The notes under the pieces are model-generated. The model searched no databases. It was given only the letters and a program-made list of their open reading frames with translations, and was not told the DNA's origin. From Candidatus Velthaea sp. (lineage in GTDB: Bacteria > Vulcanimicrobiota > Vulcanimicrobiia > Vulcanimicrobiales > Vulcanimicrobiaceae): a stretch of 64,000 bases of DNA. This document shows positions 19,163-28,786 of the stretch, in pieces. Position 1 is the stretch's first letter; each line of letters starts with the position of its first letter. A program made the translations under genes and the position numbers. The stretch lies in NCBI GenBank assembly GCA_965214935.1, contig CBDCCS010000010.1:1-64000 (forward strand). The letters are read 5' to 3'.

Positions 19163-20803
19163 ATGAATAGGCAAGCCATCGTCGGAATTTTTACGATCCT
19201 CGGATTGCTGGGGCTGTTCGCGATTCTTTTCGTGCTGACCAATGTCGGGACCGGCGGCCGGTACAAGATCGGCGTTCATTTCCGTTCCGCCGACGGCATT
19301 CATAAAGGTGCGCTCGTTTACGAAAGCGGCGTCAACGTCGGTATCGTTGATTCGCTGCAGCTATTGCCGGCCGATTTCACCGTGTCGATGATCTTGGCGA
19401 TCGACAATCACGTCGACATCCCGCGCGATGCGCGTTTCATCATTCAAGCGCCGCTAACCGGTGATGCGACGCTCGAAATCGTACCGAAGGCACCCGTCCC
19501 GCGCGCGGGCGGGTTGGCGGCGCCGACACCGGCACCGGGCGCGGTCGCGGTGCTGCCGCATGAAGTGCTGCCGGTCGACCAGCAGCCGCTCGGCACCGAT
19601 CCCGCCACGCTGACGGATCTGCTCGAACAAGGTCAAGGCGAAATTACTCGCCTCGATACGCTGCTTGCCGATTTCGAGCAGCGCGAACCGGCGCTGCTCA
19701 ACACGTTGCAATCGGCGTTGGCAAACGCCAACGATCTTTCGGTTACGACCAATCGCGAAGTCCAAAAGTTCGCGCGCACGATCGATGCGCTACAAGGTCC
19801 GCTCGGCAAGACGCTCGCGTCAACCACCAATCGCATTGTCGATCTCACCGTGCGGCTCGACGATCTGGCCAAAACGGCAACGCCGCAAGTGCAGACGCTG
19901 CTGACGAGCTTCAACGGTTCGGCTGCCGTGCTCAACGACACCGTTTCCCAGTTGCGCGATCTCTCGAAGAATCGTGAGTTGAAAACGAACGTTATTGCAA
20001 CGACGCGCTACTTAGCGCAGACGTCGCAGACATTTGCGCTGCTCGTCGGCGATTTTCGCAATATCACCGGCAATGCGCAAACGCAAGCGCAGCTGCGCGA
20101 TACGGTCGCCGCCATCGACGCAACGACGCAGCGCGCCAACAGTCTGCTCGGGCAACTCGGTGGAACCAGCGACGTCTATGGCGTCGATCCGGCCGCAACG
20201 CCGGCCCCGGTGGCGACGCCGCAAGTGCCGCTGCCGCCCGGTGCGACGCCGATTCCCTCGCCCGTCGGCCTGCCGGACGGCGCGCCGCAGCCGGTGCGCT
20301 CACCCGGCGCGTTGCCGGCAAAGCTGCGCGCCCGGCTTGCGTCGCTGGCGGCCGATCTGGTGTCGGTGCAGATCCGGGTGAGCGAGCTGAGCGTGCGCAA
20401 CGCGACCGGCGCTGGTTCACCGCTGCTCACGAACGATCGCGGGCCGCAAACCGATTTTAATATCGTCGCGCTGCCGCACGGGCGCATGAGTTTACTTAGC
20501 GGTGCAAACGACATCGGCAGCGCCGGTACGACCTCGTATAATTTCGCCGCGTTACGGTCGCTGGGCCCGGCGAGCGGCGTACGCGTCGGCGGCGGCGTGC
20601 TCTACTCGCGGCTCGGGGCGCTGGCCACGTATACGTCGCCGGGCGGCTTGGGCTTTGAGACGCGCGCGTACGACTTGCGCCATCCGACTATCGACGGGTA
20701 CGCCACCCTCCATGCCGGACCGAATATTGCGGTGTTCGGCGGCGAGCGCGATGTGCTGCATAGCGGACGGCGTACGGTATTCGGCCTGCAACTGCAATTC
20801 TAG
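19163..20803 (+). CDS. mlaD: MlaD/MCE protein with long helical region and beta-rich C-terminus
   Basis: N-terminal TM, MCE domain (GALVYESGVNVGIV), coiled coil, Pro linker, beta strands ending LQLQF. Confidence 0.88.
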   Translation: MNRQAIVGIFTILGLLGLFAILFVLTNVGTGGRYKIGVHFRSADGIHKGALVYESGVNVGIVDSLQLLPADFTVSMILAIDNHVDIPRDARFIIQAPLTGDATLEIVPKAPVPRAGGLAAPTPAPGAVAVLPHEVLPVDQQPLGTDPATLTDLLEQGQGEITRLDTLLADFEQREPALLNTLQSALANANDLSVTTNREVQKFARTIDALQGPLGKTLASTTNRIVDLTVRLDDLAKTATPQVQTLLTSFNGSAAVLNDTVSQLRDLSKNRELKTNVIATTRYLAQTSQTFALLVGDFRNITGNAQTQAQLRDTVAAIDATTQRANSLLGQLGGTSDVYGVDPAATPAPVATPQVPLPPGATPIPSPVGLPDGAPQPVRSPGALPAKLRARLASLAADLVSVQIRVSELSVRNATGAGSPLLTNDRGPQTDFNIVALPHGRMSLLSGANDIGSAGTTSYNFAALRSLGPASGVRVGGGVLYSRLGALATYTSPGGLGFETRAYDLRHPTIDGYATLHAGPNIAVFGGERDVLHSGRRTVFGLQLQF

Positions 20804-20816
20804 GCGGCGGCGACCG

Positions 20817-21521
20817 ATGATCCCGTACGGCGAAGCACGGCGCTTACCGGTTTTCCCGATCGTCGTCTACACGCTGATCGTGGCGAACGTCTACGTGTTC
20901 GTGCGCGAACTTGCGGCGCCGGACACCGATGCGTTTATCAACGCCTTTGCGACGATCCCGTTCGACATTACGCACAACATCTATCTGGCGCCGCCGAGTC
21001 CGGCGCTGCCGTTGCTTACGATCGCTACCGCGATGTTTCTTCACGGCAGCTTCTTGCATATCTTTTTTAACATGCTGTTTCTCTTCGTGTTTGGTCCGGA
21101 CATCGAGTATCTGTGCGGTCACTTGCGCTTCTTGCTGCTGTATCTCATTTGCGGTATCGCCGGCGGGCTGTCGATGATCTCGATTGGACCGGGCAGTCAC
21201 GTTCCGGAAATCGGCGCATCGGGAGCGATTGCCGGTATCTTGGGCGCCTACATCATCAACTTTCCACGTGCCGATATCAACACGATCGTGCCGGTCGGCT
21301 GTCTGCCGCTCTTTCTGCGGCTTCCAGCATTTTTGGTGATCGGAGTGTGGGCCGGCGTGCAATTCGTCCATGGTTTTGGTTCGCTCTCGGACAAAGTTTC
21401 AAGCGAACAAGGCGGCACGGCATATTTCGCGCACATCGGCGGCTTCTGCGCGGGGGTCTTGCTCATCGGGTTTTTTCGGGTTCGCTCGGCGACCGGGCAA
21501 CGGATCCGGTTGCGCCGGTAA
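20817..21521 (+). CDS. Rhomboid intramembrane serine protease
   Basis: FLHGSFLHIFFNM, GASGAIAG, AHIGGF. Confidence 0.93.
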   Translation: MIPYGEARRLPVFPIVVYTLIVANVYVFVRELAAPDTDAFINAFATIPFDITHNIYLAPPSPALPLLTIATAMFLHGSFLHIFFNMLFLFVFGPDIEYLCGHLRFLLLYLICGIAGGLSMISIGPGSHVPEIGASGAIAGILGAYIINFPRADINTIVPVGCLPLFLRLPAFLVIGVWAGVQFVHGFGSLSDKVSSEQGGTAYFAHIGGFCAGVLLIGFFRVRSATGQRIRLRR

Positions 21522-21560
21522 GGAGCGTCGTCATGATCGTCTACGAGTTTGCCGTCGCCT

Positions 21561-22484
21561 ATGTGCTCGGTGGCCGCCATTAAAATCGGCATCATCGGAG
21601 CAGGCGCGATCGGCACGCTATTCGGCTATAAACTTGCCGCGTCAAACGACGTGACGATGCTCGAGGTACGGCCCGACATCGTGGCGACCATCAAACGCGA
21701 CGGGCTGCGCTTAGGTGACGGAGAAGGCCGGCGCGTTTCGGTAACGAGCGAACCACGCGATCTTTTCGGTGTAACGGTGCTGTTCATCTTCGTGCGCGCG
21801 ACCGACACGTTGCACGCGTTGCGCCCGTTTTTGAGCGAACTCAATCCATCGACGGCGATCGTGTCGTTACAAAACGGGATCGGCAACGAAGAAGCAATTA
21901 AGACGGCACTGGGCGGTCATATCGCGCTCGTGCTCGGCGCGACGACGGAGTCATCGCTGACCGTTGCGCCGGGCGCTGCGATGCCGGTCGGTCAGGGTCA
22001 AACGGTGCTGGGCAGCGGCGGTGCGTCGCCGCAAACCTGCAACCGGATCGCGCGGCTGCTCGACGAGTCGGAAATTCGCTCGACCACCGTTTACGACATT
22101 CGCCCGCACTTGTGGGGCAAGCTCATTGCAAATGCCGCCATCAATCCGGTCGCGGCGCTGCTCGATCGCCCTAACGGCGTGGTGCTCGATGACGTCAATG
22201 CCGGCGAAGTCGCCCGATCGCTCGCGCAAGAAGCGGCGGCCGTTGCCGGCGCGATGCGCATCGCGCTGCCGTTTTCCGATCCGTGGAGTTACGTCCGCAC
22301 GATCGTCGAGCAGACCGCGGCAATGCGCAACTCGATGCTCTACGACCTCGACATGGGAGCGAAAACCGAGATCGATTTTATTAACGGTGCCGTCGTTGCG
22401 GCGGGCCGCCGCGCCGCCGTCGCAACGCCGCACAACGAGACGATCATGCGTTTGATCAAAGCACGCAGTTTCGGCGCGCGCTGA
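21561..22484 (+). CDS. panE: 2-dehydropantoate 2-reductase
   Basis: IIGAGAIG, SLQNGIG, WGKLIANAAINP, NSMLYD...TEIDFING. Confidence 0.9.
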   Translation: MCSVAAIKIGIIGAGAIGTLFGYKLAASNDVTMLEVRPDIVATIKRDGLRLGDGEGRRVSVTSEPRDLFGVTVLFIFVRATDTLHALRPFLSELNPSTAIVSLQNGIGNEEAIKTALGGHIALVLGATTESSLTVAPGAAMPVGQGQTVLGSGGASPQTCNRIARLLDESEIRSTTVYDIRPHLWGKLIANAAINPVAALLDRPNGVVLDDVNAGEVARSLAQEAAAVAGAMRIALPFSDPWSYVRTIVEQTAAMRNSMLYDLDMGAKTEIDFINGAVVAAGRRAAVATPHNETIMRLIKARSFGAR

Positions 22485-22508
22485 TGACGCAGGGTCGAGC
22501 GGCGCGTG

Positions 22509-23582
22509 TTACGGCGCGCTTGCAATCGGCGCCCATTTGTGACCGCCGTCGCGCGTTTCGAGCACCTCGTCGCCCGACGGCGGCGCATCTTTGCGCAATT
22601 CGCGCGCGCCGATCCAGCCGTGCGTCGGTGTCGTGAACACCGGTTCGGAGGTGAAGCCGATCTTATCGAGCGTGGTGTTATACCAAGTCAAGCCGGCATC
22701 GACGGTACCGCCGAACGACGATCGTCCGGCCTCACCGCATGCACCGCAGAAGCCGGCGACGTACGCGGCGGTCGGCGAGTAACCGCTCATGCTCGTCGCT
22801 TCGCTGCCGGGGCCCTGGGGAACGTTGCGCAGCCGCCGGACTTGACCGCCGGTGGCAAGCGGCGTCCACGAATGCGCACCGTCGGTGCTGCGCGCTAAGA
22901 TGTAGGCGCCGCCGCCGGCGTGCGCACCGAGATCGATCAAGTCATAGACGCTGCCGCGCGTGCAATGCAATGCGTGTCCGGCAATTCCGACCAAACCTGC
23001 CGTCGGCGGTCGAGCCGTGACCGACCAGTTGCGGCCGCCGTCGGTCGTGGCGGCGATACCGTCAAAGGCGCCGAGCGCCGGTGCCGTCGTTGCGCCGCCG
23101 ATATATCCGTTTCGTTTGTCGGAGAAGCACACCGCGTCGACCGGTTTTGCGAAAGCGCCGCGCTGCCAGCTTTGCGCGCCGTCGGCGGTTTGATATAAAA
23201 GGCCGTCGGCGCCGACGCCGTAGCCGGTCCGATCGCTGGTGAACGCGATGTCTCTAAGTGCCGGCCGGCCGTTACCCACCGCTTGCCAATGATTGCCGTC
23301 GTCAGCGGTATGCAGCACCATTCCGCCGCCGAGCGCAAAAACCGAGCGACGGTGCACGAATACGAGCCGGTCGACGCGGCCGCCGTGATACTGCGGCGTC
23401 CACGTATGGCCGCCGTCGTTCGTTACCGCGATGCCTGCACCGCCTGCCGCCCAGCCGTGCTGCTCGCTTGTAAATGCGAACGCGAGATATTGCGGCGCTT
23501 TCGGTTCTTCGGCAGATCCCGTGCGGTTCGCCGCGAGCAAGAGCATGCAGATGCCGAGGGCGGCGCTAACGACGCGATTCAT
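22509..23582 (-). CDS. Secreted BNR-repeat (Ycf48-like) beta-propeller protein
   Basis: Signal peptide; repeated TxDGGxxW (Asp-box) motifs. Confidence 0.85.
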   Translation of the reverse strand: MNRVVSAALGICMLLLAANRTGSAEEPKAPQYLAFAFTSEQHGWAAGGAGIAVTNDGGHTWTPQYHGGRVDRLVFVHRRSVFALGGGMVLHTADDGNHWQAVGNGRPALRDIAFTSDRTGYGVGADGLLYQTADGAQSWQRGAFAKPVDAVCFSDKRNGYIGGATTAPALGAFDGIAATTDGGRNWSVTARPPTAGLVGIAGHALHCTRGSVYDLIDLGAHAGGGAYILARSTDGAHSWTPLATGGQVRRLRNVPQGPGSEATSMSGYSPTAAYVAGFCGACGEAGRSSFGGTVDAGLTWYNTTLDKIGFTSEPVFTTPTHGWIGARELRKDAPPSGDEVLETRDGGHKWAPIASAP

Positions 23583-23669
23583 AGCTGCCCGACTTTCGCA
23601 AATTACCTTGCGACGCCTTGGATGAAAGCGAACGAAGGTTCGGATCGAGCGTCGCGCAAAGGCGCGTGC

Positions 23670-24167
23670 ATGATCGAAGCCGGTATCCGCGGCGGTCGCG
23701 CGCAATTGTTGCTCAACGTTGCCGTAACGGTCGCACTTGCCGGCGTGACCGATACGCTCATCCGCGCATTGGGCTGGAACCAGCCGCGCGGAGAAGCTTG
23801 GCCGTCATTTGCACCGCGGGGCGGCACGATCGGTGCTATCTGGGTGGTGCTATTCGCAGGCATGGGCGCCGCGCGCCGGCTCGTCGCAACGTCCGGCTTC
23901 GCCGGAGCCCAAAGCCGTGCACGCTTCATTACCGGCCTTATCGCCGTTTGTTTGGCGTATCCGTTTTACACGCATTTCATTCACGGTCATCAAATCGAGT
24001 TGATCGGCAACGTCGGGTCGTTTGCGCTTGCCGTGACGATCGTCGTACAGGTCCGCCGTGACTCCGTGCTCGCCGCGAGTTTCATCGGGCTGACAGCGGC
24101 CTGGATCGCGGCTGCGACCGTGCTTGTCTTTGCGCTCGTTCGGCTCAATGGCTGGGCGACGGCGTAG
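23670..24167 (+). CDS. TspO/MBR-like membrane protein
   Basis: PSFAPRGGTIGAIWVVLFAGMGAA; about five TM segments. Confidence 0.65.
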   Translation: MIEAGIRGGRAQLLLNVAVTVALAGVTDTLIRALGWNQPRGEAWPSFAPRGGTIGAIWVVLFAGMGAARRLVATSGFAGAQSRARFITGLIAVCLAYPFYTHFIHGHQIELIGNVGSFALAVTIVVQVRRDSVLAASFIGLTAAWIAAATVLVFALVRLNGWATA

Positions 24168-24250
24168 TCGCCGGCATCGTTCGAGCCGGAATGCGCCGGC
24201 GCGTAGTTTGCCGTTGAAACTGTACCGGCACGTCGTCGATTAGTACGAGC

Positions 24251-25246
24251 GTGAAAGCTGCAATTGTAACCTCCGCCGATGCGCCGTGGGCGGTCGGCGA
24301 CGTGCCGATGCCCGAACCCGGTCCGACGCAAGTCGTCATCAAAATATATGCCAGCGGGTTGTGCTATACCGACGTGCACGAGGCCGTCGGGCATTTCGGC
24401 ATGCCGTATCCGATGCGTTTAGGGCACGAGCCGGTCGGTGAAATCGTTAGCGTCGGTTCCGAGGTAACGGCTCGCAAAGTCGGCGAACGTGTCGGTGTTG
24501 CGTGGTCGCAAGCGACGTGCGGGTATTGCGAATGGTGTTTGCGCGATCTGCGTTCGGCCTGTCTGCATCCGGTGCAAGCCGCAATCGATATGCCCGGCGG
24601 GCACGCCGAATATCTGCTGGCCTACGCTGCAGCCACGATGCCGCTACCGGACGGTATCTCGTACGAGCAGGCAGCGCCGATCATGTGCGCCGGTTACACC
24701 GTTTATAGCGGTCTGCGTGCGGCCGAACCGCAGATGCGCGACCGGGTCGCCGTCATCGGCATCGGCGGTTTAGGCCACCTTGCGTTGCAATTCGCCAAAG
24801 CGGCCGGTTATCACACGATCGCACTCACGTCTGCGCCCGATAAAGTCGATCTGGCTAAAAAACTCGGTGCGGACGAAGTCTTTAGCGATGCTGCAGAGTT
24901 AGCCAAAGCCGGCGGTGCCGACATTATCCTGGGAACGAGCAATTCCAACGCCGCCATGGAACAAGCCGTGAGTGCGTTGCGGCCGTTCGGACGATTCGTC
25001 ATCATGGGCGTCGACGGCGGCAGCAAATTCTCGTTCAATCCGGTCGAACTTTTAACGAAACGCATCAAGATCATGACGTCGTCGCAAAATACAAGCCGCG
25101 ATTTGTACGATGCGTTACAGTACGTTGCCGAGGGCAAGGTGAAAGTTGCCACGGAAACATTCGCGCTCGACGATATCGCTACCGCTTACGACAAAGTCGC
25201 GAACGGCAACGTTCGCTTCCGCGCAGTTATTTTACCGAACGGGTGA
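24251..25246 (+). CDS. Zinc-dependent alcohol dehydrogenase
   Basis: GLCYTD, GHEPVG, CGYCEWC, GIGGLG. Confidence 0.93.
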   Translation: MKAAIVTSADAPWAVGDVPMPEPGPTQVVIKIYASGLCYTDVHEAVGHFGMPYPMRLGHEPVGEIVSVGSEVTARKVGERVGVAWSQATCGYCEWCLRDLRSACLHPVQAAIDMPGGHAEYLLAYAAATMPLPDGISYEQAAPIMCAGYTVYSGLRAAEPQMRDRVAVIGIGGLGHLALQFAKAAGYHTIALTSAPDKVDLAKKLGADEVFSDAAELAKAGGADIILGTSNSNAAMEQAVSALRPFGRFVIMGVDGGSKFSFNPVELLTKRIKIMTSSQNTSRDLYDALQYVAEGKVKVATETFALDDIATAYDKVANGNVRFRAVILPNG

Positions 25247-25248
25247 TG

Positions 25249-26304
25249 CTAGCGTAGATCGCGGTGCGCCGGTAGGCTTGCAATGCTTTGCGCTGCGTAC
25301 GCGGCGCGAAGCACCGCACGGGCGATCGCCTCGGCAGCCATGACGCCGAGTAACGTGACGTTGCCCGGTTTTCCGCTCGTTCCCGTCGCGATGGTGAAGA
25401 TGGTGTCGCCGTCATACATCGTGTGAATCGGATTGATGGTCCGCGCTAAACCGTCGTGCGCCATCTGCGCGATCTTCTGCGCTTGGGCTTTCGTAAGGAC
25501 GGCATTGGTCGCAACGACTCCGAGGCTCGTTGCCGTACCCGCGCGCAAGAACGCCGGGATGTCGCCGGCGAGCAACGCGCGCGTCGTATGAACGAAACGT
25601 TTGCCGTCCGCCGTACGTGCGCCGGCGATGACGGCGCCCGTTTGCGGGTCGACGACGTCACCGATTCCGTTGACGGCAACCATCGCGCCGACGGTCAGGC
25701 CGGCTAACGTCACCGACGCCGTGCCCAGCCCGCATTTCATCGCGCGTCCCATGCCGAACATCTTGCCGACGGTCGCGCCGGCGCCGGCACCGACGTTGCC
25801 GCTGCCCGGAAAGCGCGTGCTCGCAATCTGCGCCGCGGCGTAACCGGCCGCGGCGTCCGGCCGGATCTTCGCGTCCCCGACCGCTAAGTCGAACAAAATT
25901 GCCGCCGGAACGATCGGCACCTTCGCGACGCCGACATCGTATCCGATGCCGCGCTCTTCGAGATACCGCATCACGCCCGACGCGCTGTCTAAGCCGAATG
26001 CACTGCCACCCGAGAGGACGATTGCATGCACGTTCTCGACCAGATTCATCGGGTTGAGCAGGTCGGTTTCACGCGTCCCCGGCGCCGCGCCGCGAACGTC
26101 GACGCCGCCGACGGCTCCGGCTTCCACGATGACGACGCTACAACCGGTCGGGCGGCGCAGATCGGTGAAGTGGCCGACTTTGACGCCGCTCACATCGGTG
26201 ATGGCGTCGTTACCGCTCGGTTCTGCTGCGACGGTAGCGCCGGCGCCGATAACGGCAGCCGCGCCGACCGAGCCGTTCGTTGCAATAAATCGGGCGCGCT
26301 TCAT
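25249..26304 (-). CDS. Peptidase S58 (DmpA/P1) family
   Basis: ITDVSGVKVGH, DVRGAAPGTRETDLL, GGSAFGL, AHDGLAR...DGDTIF. Confidence 0.92.
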   Translation of the reverse strand: MKRARFIATNGSVGAAAVIGAGATVAAEPSGNDAITDVSGVKVGHFTDLRRPTGCSVVIVEAGAVGGVDVRGAAPGTRETDLLNPMNLVENVHAIVLSGGSAFGLDSASGVMRYLEERGIGYDVGVAKVPIVPAAILFDLAVGDAKIRPDAAAGYAAAQIASTRFPGSGNVGAGAGATVGKMFGMGRAMKCGLGTASVTLAGLTVGAMVAVNGIGDVVDPQTGAVIAGARTADGKRFVHTTRALLAGDIPAFLRAGTATSLGVVATNAVLTKAQAQKIAQMAHDGLARTINPIHTMYDGDTIFTIATGTSGKPGNVTLLGVMAAEAIARAVLRAAYAAQSIASLPAHRDLR

Positions 26305-26471
26305 GCTCCGGCGTTCGCCGCAGCAAGCCCTGCGCCCGCGTTGCGGAGCGGCCGAACGTCGACACCGTATGTAAAGCGGGTAAAACGCAAATCGCGCGAC
26401 GACAGCCAAAGAAAGTGTCGCGGAATGCCGATGACCAGAAAAATACTGCTCCACGGCCGGGATGATTTTGC

Positions 26472-26888
26472 ATGTCGTCAAGTTCAGGGTTGCGTTTATT
26501 CTTTGCGCGGATTGCCAATCTGTTCAACCCGCAGCCGCGACTTGCTCGACCGGTAACCACGCACGATTTTCAGCGTGCGTGCAAGGAGCTTGCGTTTTGG
26601 ACGGCGTCTGATGCGGGCTTGAGCGGCCCGGTGGAAGCCTTTGACGGATCGAACTTGCATCCGGCGGCCGACGGGCTCTTTACGTTGCGCATGACGCTGC
26701 AAGATACGCTCGGTCAGCGACCGCCGAGTGACGCGGCGACGATCATTTTACGTTCCATCGAGGGGCTACGGGTGCTGCTGTTGCTCGATATCGATGGTCA
26801 TCGCTTCACGTACGTGTCGGCGAACGCAAATCCGGGTGTGCGCGAGTTGTGCGCCAACTACACGAATCGAATGGAAAGTACCGGTTAG
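26472..26888 (+). CDS. Hypothetical protein
   Basis: 138-aa ORF filling the space divergent from the peptidase gene; no motif recognised. Confidence 0.5.
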   Translation: MSSSSGLRLFFARIANLFNPQPRLARPVTTHDFQRACKELAFWTASDAGLSGPVEAFDGSNLHPAADGLFTLRMTLQDTLGQRPPSDAATIILRSIEGLRVLLLLDIDGHRFTYVSANANPGVRELCANYTNRMESTG

Positions 26889-27036
26889 TTTCCGCTTCGA
26901 TCGACGACATCTGCACTGTTGCCGTCGGCGTTGTAATCGCTAATGGTAACGCACGCACGCACCCGGCCATCGTCACGACCAACGCCGGCTTGCCGGGTAA
27001 GTACTGCACCGCGCCGGCGCTCGTTCGGGCGATAGC

Positions 27037-27270
27037 ATGTTTCGCGCGGGTGATCTGGTTGAAATCGTTGACCCGACCAACCGCCTGTACCGCGCGGTCG
27101 GCTCCGTCGAATACTTCGTCGACGATAATATCTACGTGCGATTTCCGAATCGACGTTGGCGTTCGCTGCGCATGTTATTCCCCAAGCAATTGCAGCGAGT
27201 CGACGTTCGCGCGCCGCTGACTGAAGCTACCGGCGACGGCTCTGCGCCGGTCGCTTCAACCCAAGCCTGA
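27037..27270 (+). CDS. Small SH3/KOW-like hypothetical protein
   Basis: MFRAGDLVEIV...GSVEY...YVRF pattern typical of small beta barrels. Confidence 0.55.
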   Translation: MFRAGDLVEIVDPTNRLYRAVGSVEYFVDDNIYVRFPNRRWRSLRMLFPKQLQRVDVRAPLTEATGDGSAPVASTQA

Positions 27271-27298
27271 CGCTCCACACGCGATCATCCGTTTAAGG

Positions 27299-27823
27299 TC
27301 AAGCGGGCTGTCCGGCGGCCGCCGTCGGCAGGACGGCCGTGTTGTGCGAAGCTTCGATATGCCAAAGGCCGGCGCGATTGGCGTAGACATGCGTGAAGCG
27401 CGTGAGAAGAAGCCCGGGCGACGTTGCGACCGCGCCTGGCGGAAGCGCGTGGAAGTTCGTAATGCTGACATCCACCTCGGCGATTGCAGCGTCGGTGCCG
27501 ATCGAACGCATTCGCCGAATGCTATAAGCAAAATTGCTGCCCTTAAATGGTCCGGCCAGAATCTTATTGGTGACGGCCCCAACAGCGCCGGCGTCGGCGA
27601 ATACGACGCCCAAAATGTTGACGAGTGAACCGTCCGGCCAGTATTCGGCGGCCCACGCGTCGCCGTCGCCGGCATTCCAGGCCGTTGCAAGCCGAGCCAG
27701 CGAGTCGCGAACGATCGCGTCACTCGCGGATACGGACAACGGCATCGGCGCTGCTCCGCCGGCCGAGCTGCAAGCGGCGAGTACGGCCGGCATGGTAACG
27801 AGTAGCAGGTCTTTTCTCATCAT
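27299..27823 (-). CDS. SgcJ/EcaC (SnoaL/NTF2-like) lipoprotein
   Basis: Lipobox LAAC; AWNAGDGDAWAAEY, WHIEASHNT. Confidence 0.85.
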   Translation of the reverse strand: MMRKDLLLVTMPAVLAACSSAGGAAPMPLSVSASDAIVRDSLARLATAWNAGDGDAWAAEYWPDGSLVNILGVVFADAGAVGAVTNKILAGPFKGSNFAYSIRRMRSIGTDAAIAEVDVSITNFHALPPGAVATSPGLLLTRFTHVYANRAGLWHIEASHNTAVLPTAAAGQPA

Positions 27824-27856
27824 GATCGGTTCCTTTGGCGGACGCGATGCGTCAAG

Positions 27857-27902
27857 TGTGCCTCTATGGCACAGGTGTGTCATAAAGGCATAGCGGTATA
27901 CT
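27857..27902. promoter_or_regulatory. Tandem putative TetR operators and -10 box
   Basis: TGTGCC-N5-GGCACA (27857-73), imperfect copy TGTGTC-N5-GGCATA (27876-92), TATACT 27897-902 six nt before the TetR ATG. Confidence 0.65.
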
Positions 27903-27908
27903 AGCGAC

Positions 27909-28574
27909 ATGAATGGCCGCAGTCAAGCCCCGCAGTCGGGACAACAACGCCGCACGCGCGCCGCATTGCTCGCCGCGGCAGCGGAACTGTTGCGAGCCGG
28001 CGGAATGCCGTCTGTCGCCGACGTTGCGGAAACGGCCGATGTCTCGCGACGAACGGCGTACCGGTACTTTCCAACCCAAGAACAGCTGTTGACGGAAGCG
28101 GCGCTCGAAACACTTCGGCCGGGTATCGAGTCGTCATTCACCGCACTCGACGATCCAGAAGCGCGCGTTGAAGCCGCGGTGCGCGCAATGCAGAAGCAGA
28201 CCGAACTCAACGAAAATCTGTTGCGCACGATGATTCGGCTGACGGTTGAACGCCGCGTCGATCCGACCGTTGCGCCCTCGGACGTCAAAGCGGCAATGCG
28301 CGGTAGCCGGCGCATCGAGTGGATCGAAAACGCTTTAGCGCCCGTCCGTGCGCAACTTTCCGCAGCTCGGTTCGCACGCTTAGTGTCCGCCGTGTCGCTC
28401 TGCGTCGGCGCCGAAGCGCTCATCGTGCTACGTGATATTCGCGGCCTGGATCCGGCCGGCGCTGCCGACGTCTGTGCGTGGGCTGCCAAAGCGCTATTGC
28501 GCTCGGCCCTGCAAGAGACGCCGCTTGCAACAACTGAAAAGGCTCGCCGCACGAAGACGCGCCAATCGGCTTAA
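27909..28574 (+). CDS. TetR/AcrR family regulator
   Basis: RTRAALLAAA...SVADVAETADVSRRTAYRYFPT HTH. Confidence 0.93.
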   Translation: MNGRSQAPQSGQQRRTRAALLAAAAELLRAGGMPSVADVAETADVSRRTAYRYFPTQEQLLTEAALETLRPGIESSFTALDDPEARVEAAVRAMQKQTELNENLLRTMIRLTVERRVDPTVAPSDVKAAMRGSRRIEWIENALAPVRAQLSAARFARLVSAVSLCVGAEALIVLRDIRGLDPAGAADVCAWAAKALLRSALQETPLATTEKARRTKTRQSA

Positions 28575-28786
28575 TTGTTCCGGCGGTGACGTACTTAGCG
28601 ACATGCGCACCGCTGCGTCACGTCGATCAATATGAACGATCGAACCAACGAGTAGCTACTTGGTTCAGCCGTTAGTCTCAGACGGTCGCGTCACGTTCGC
28701 GACAACGTTTGGTGATCGAGCGGCCGTAGTTTTTTAGAATGCTCGGCCCGTTGTAAGTCTGCCGATCGTTTTAATTTGAACCGCCG

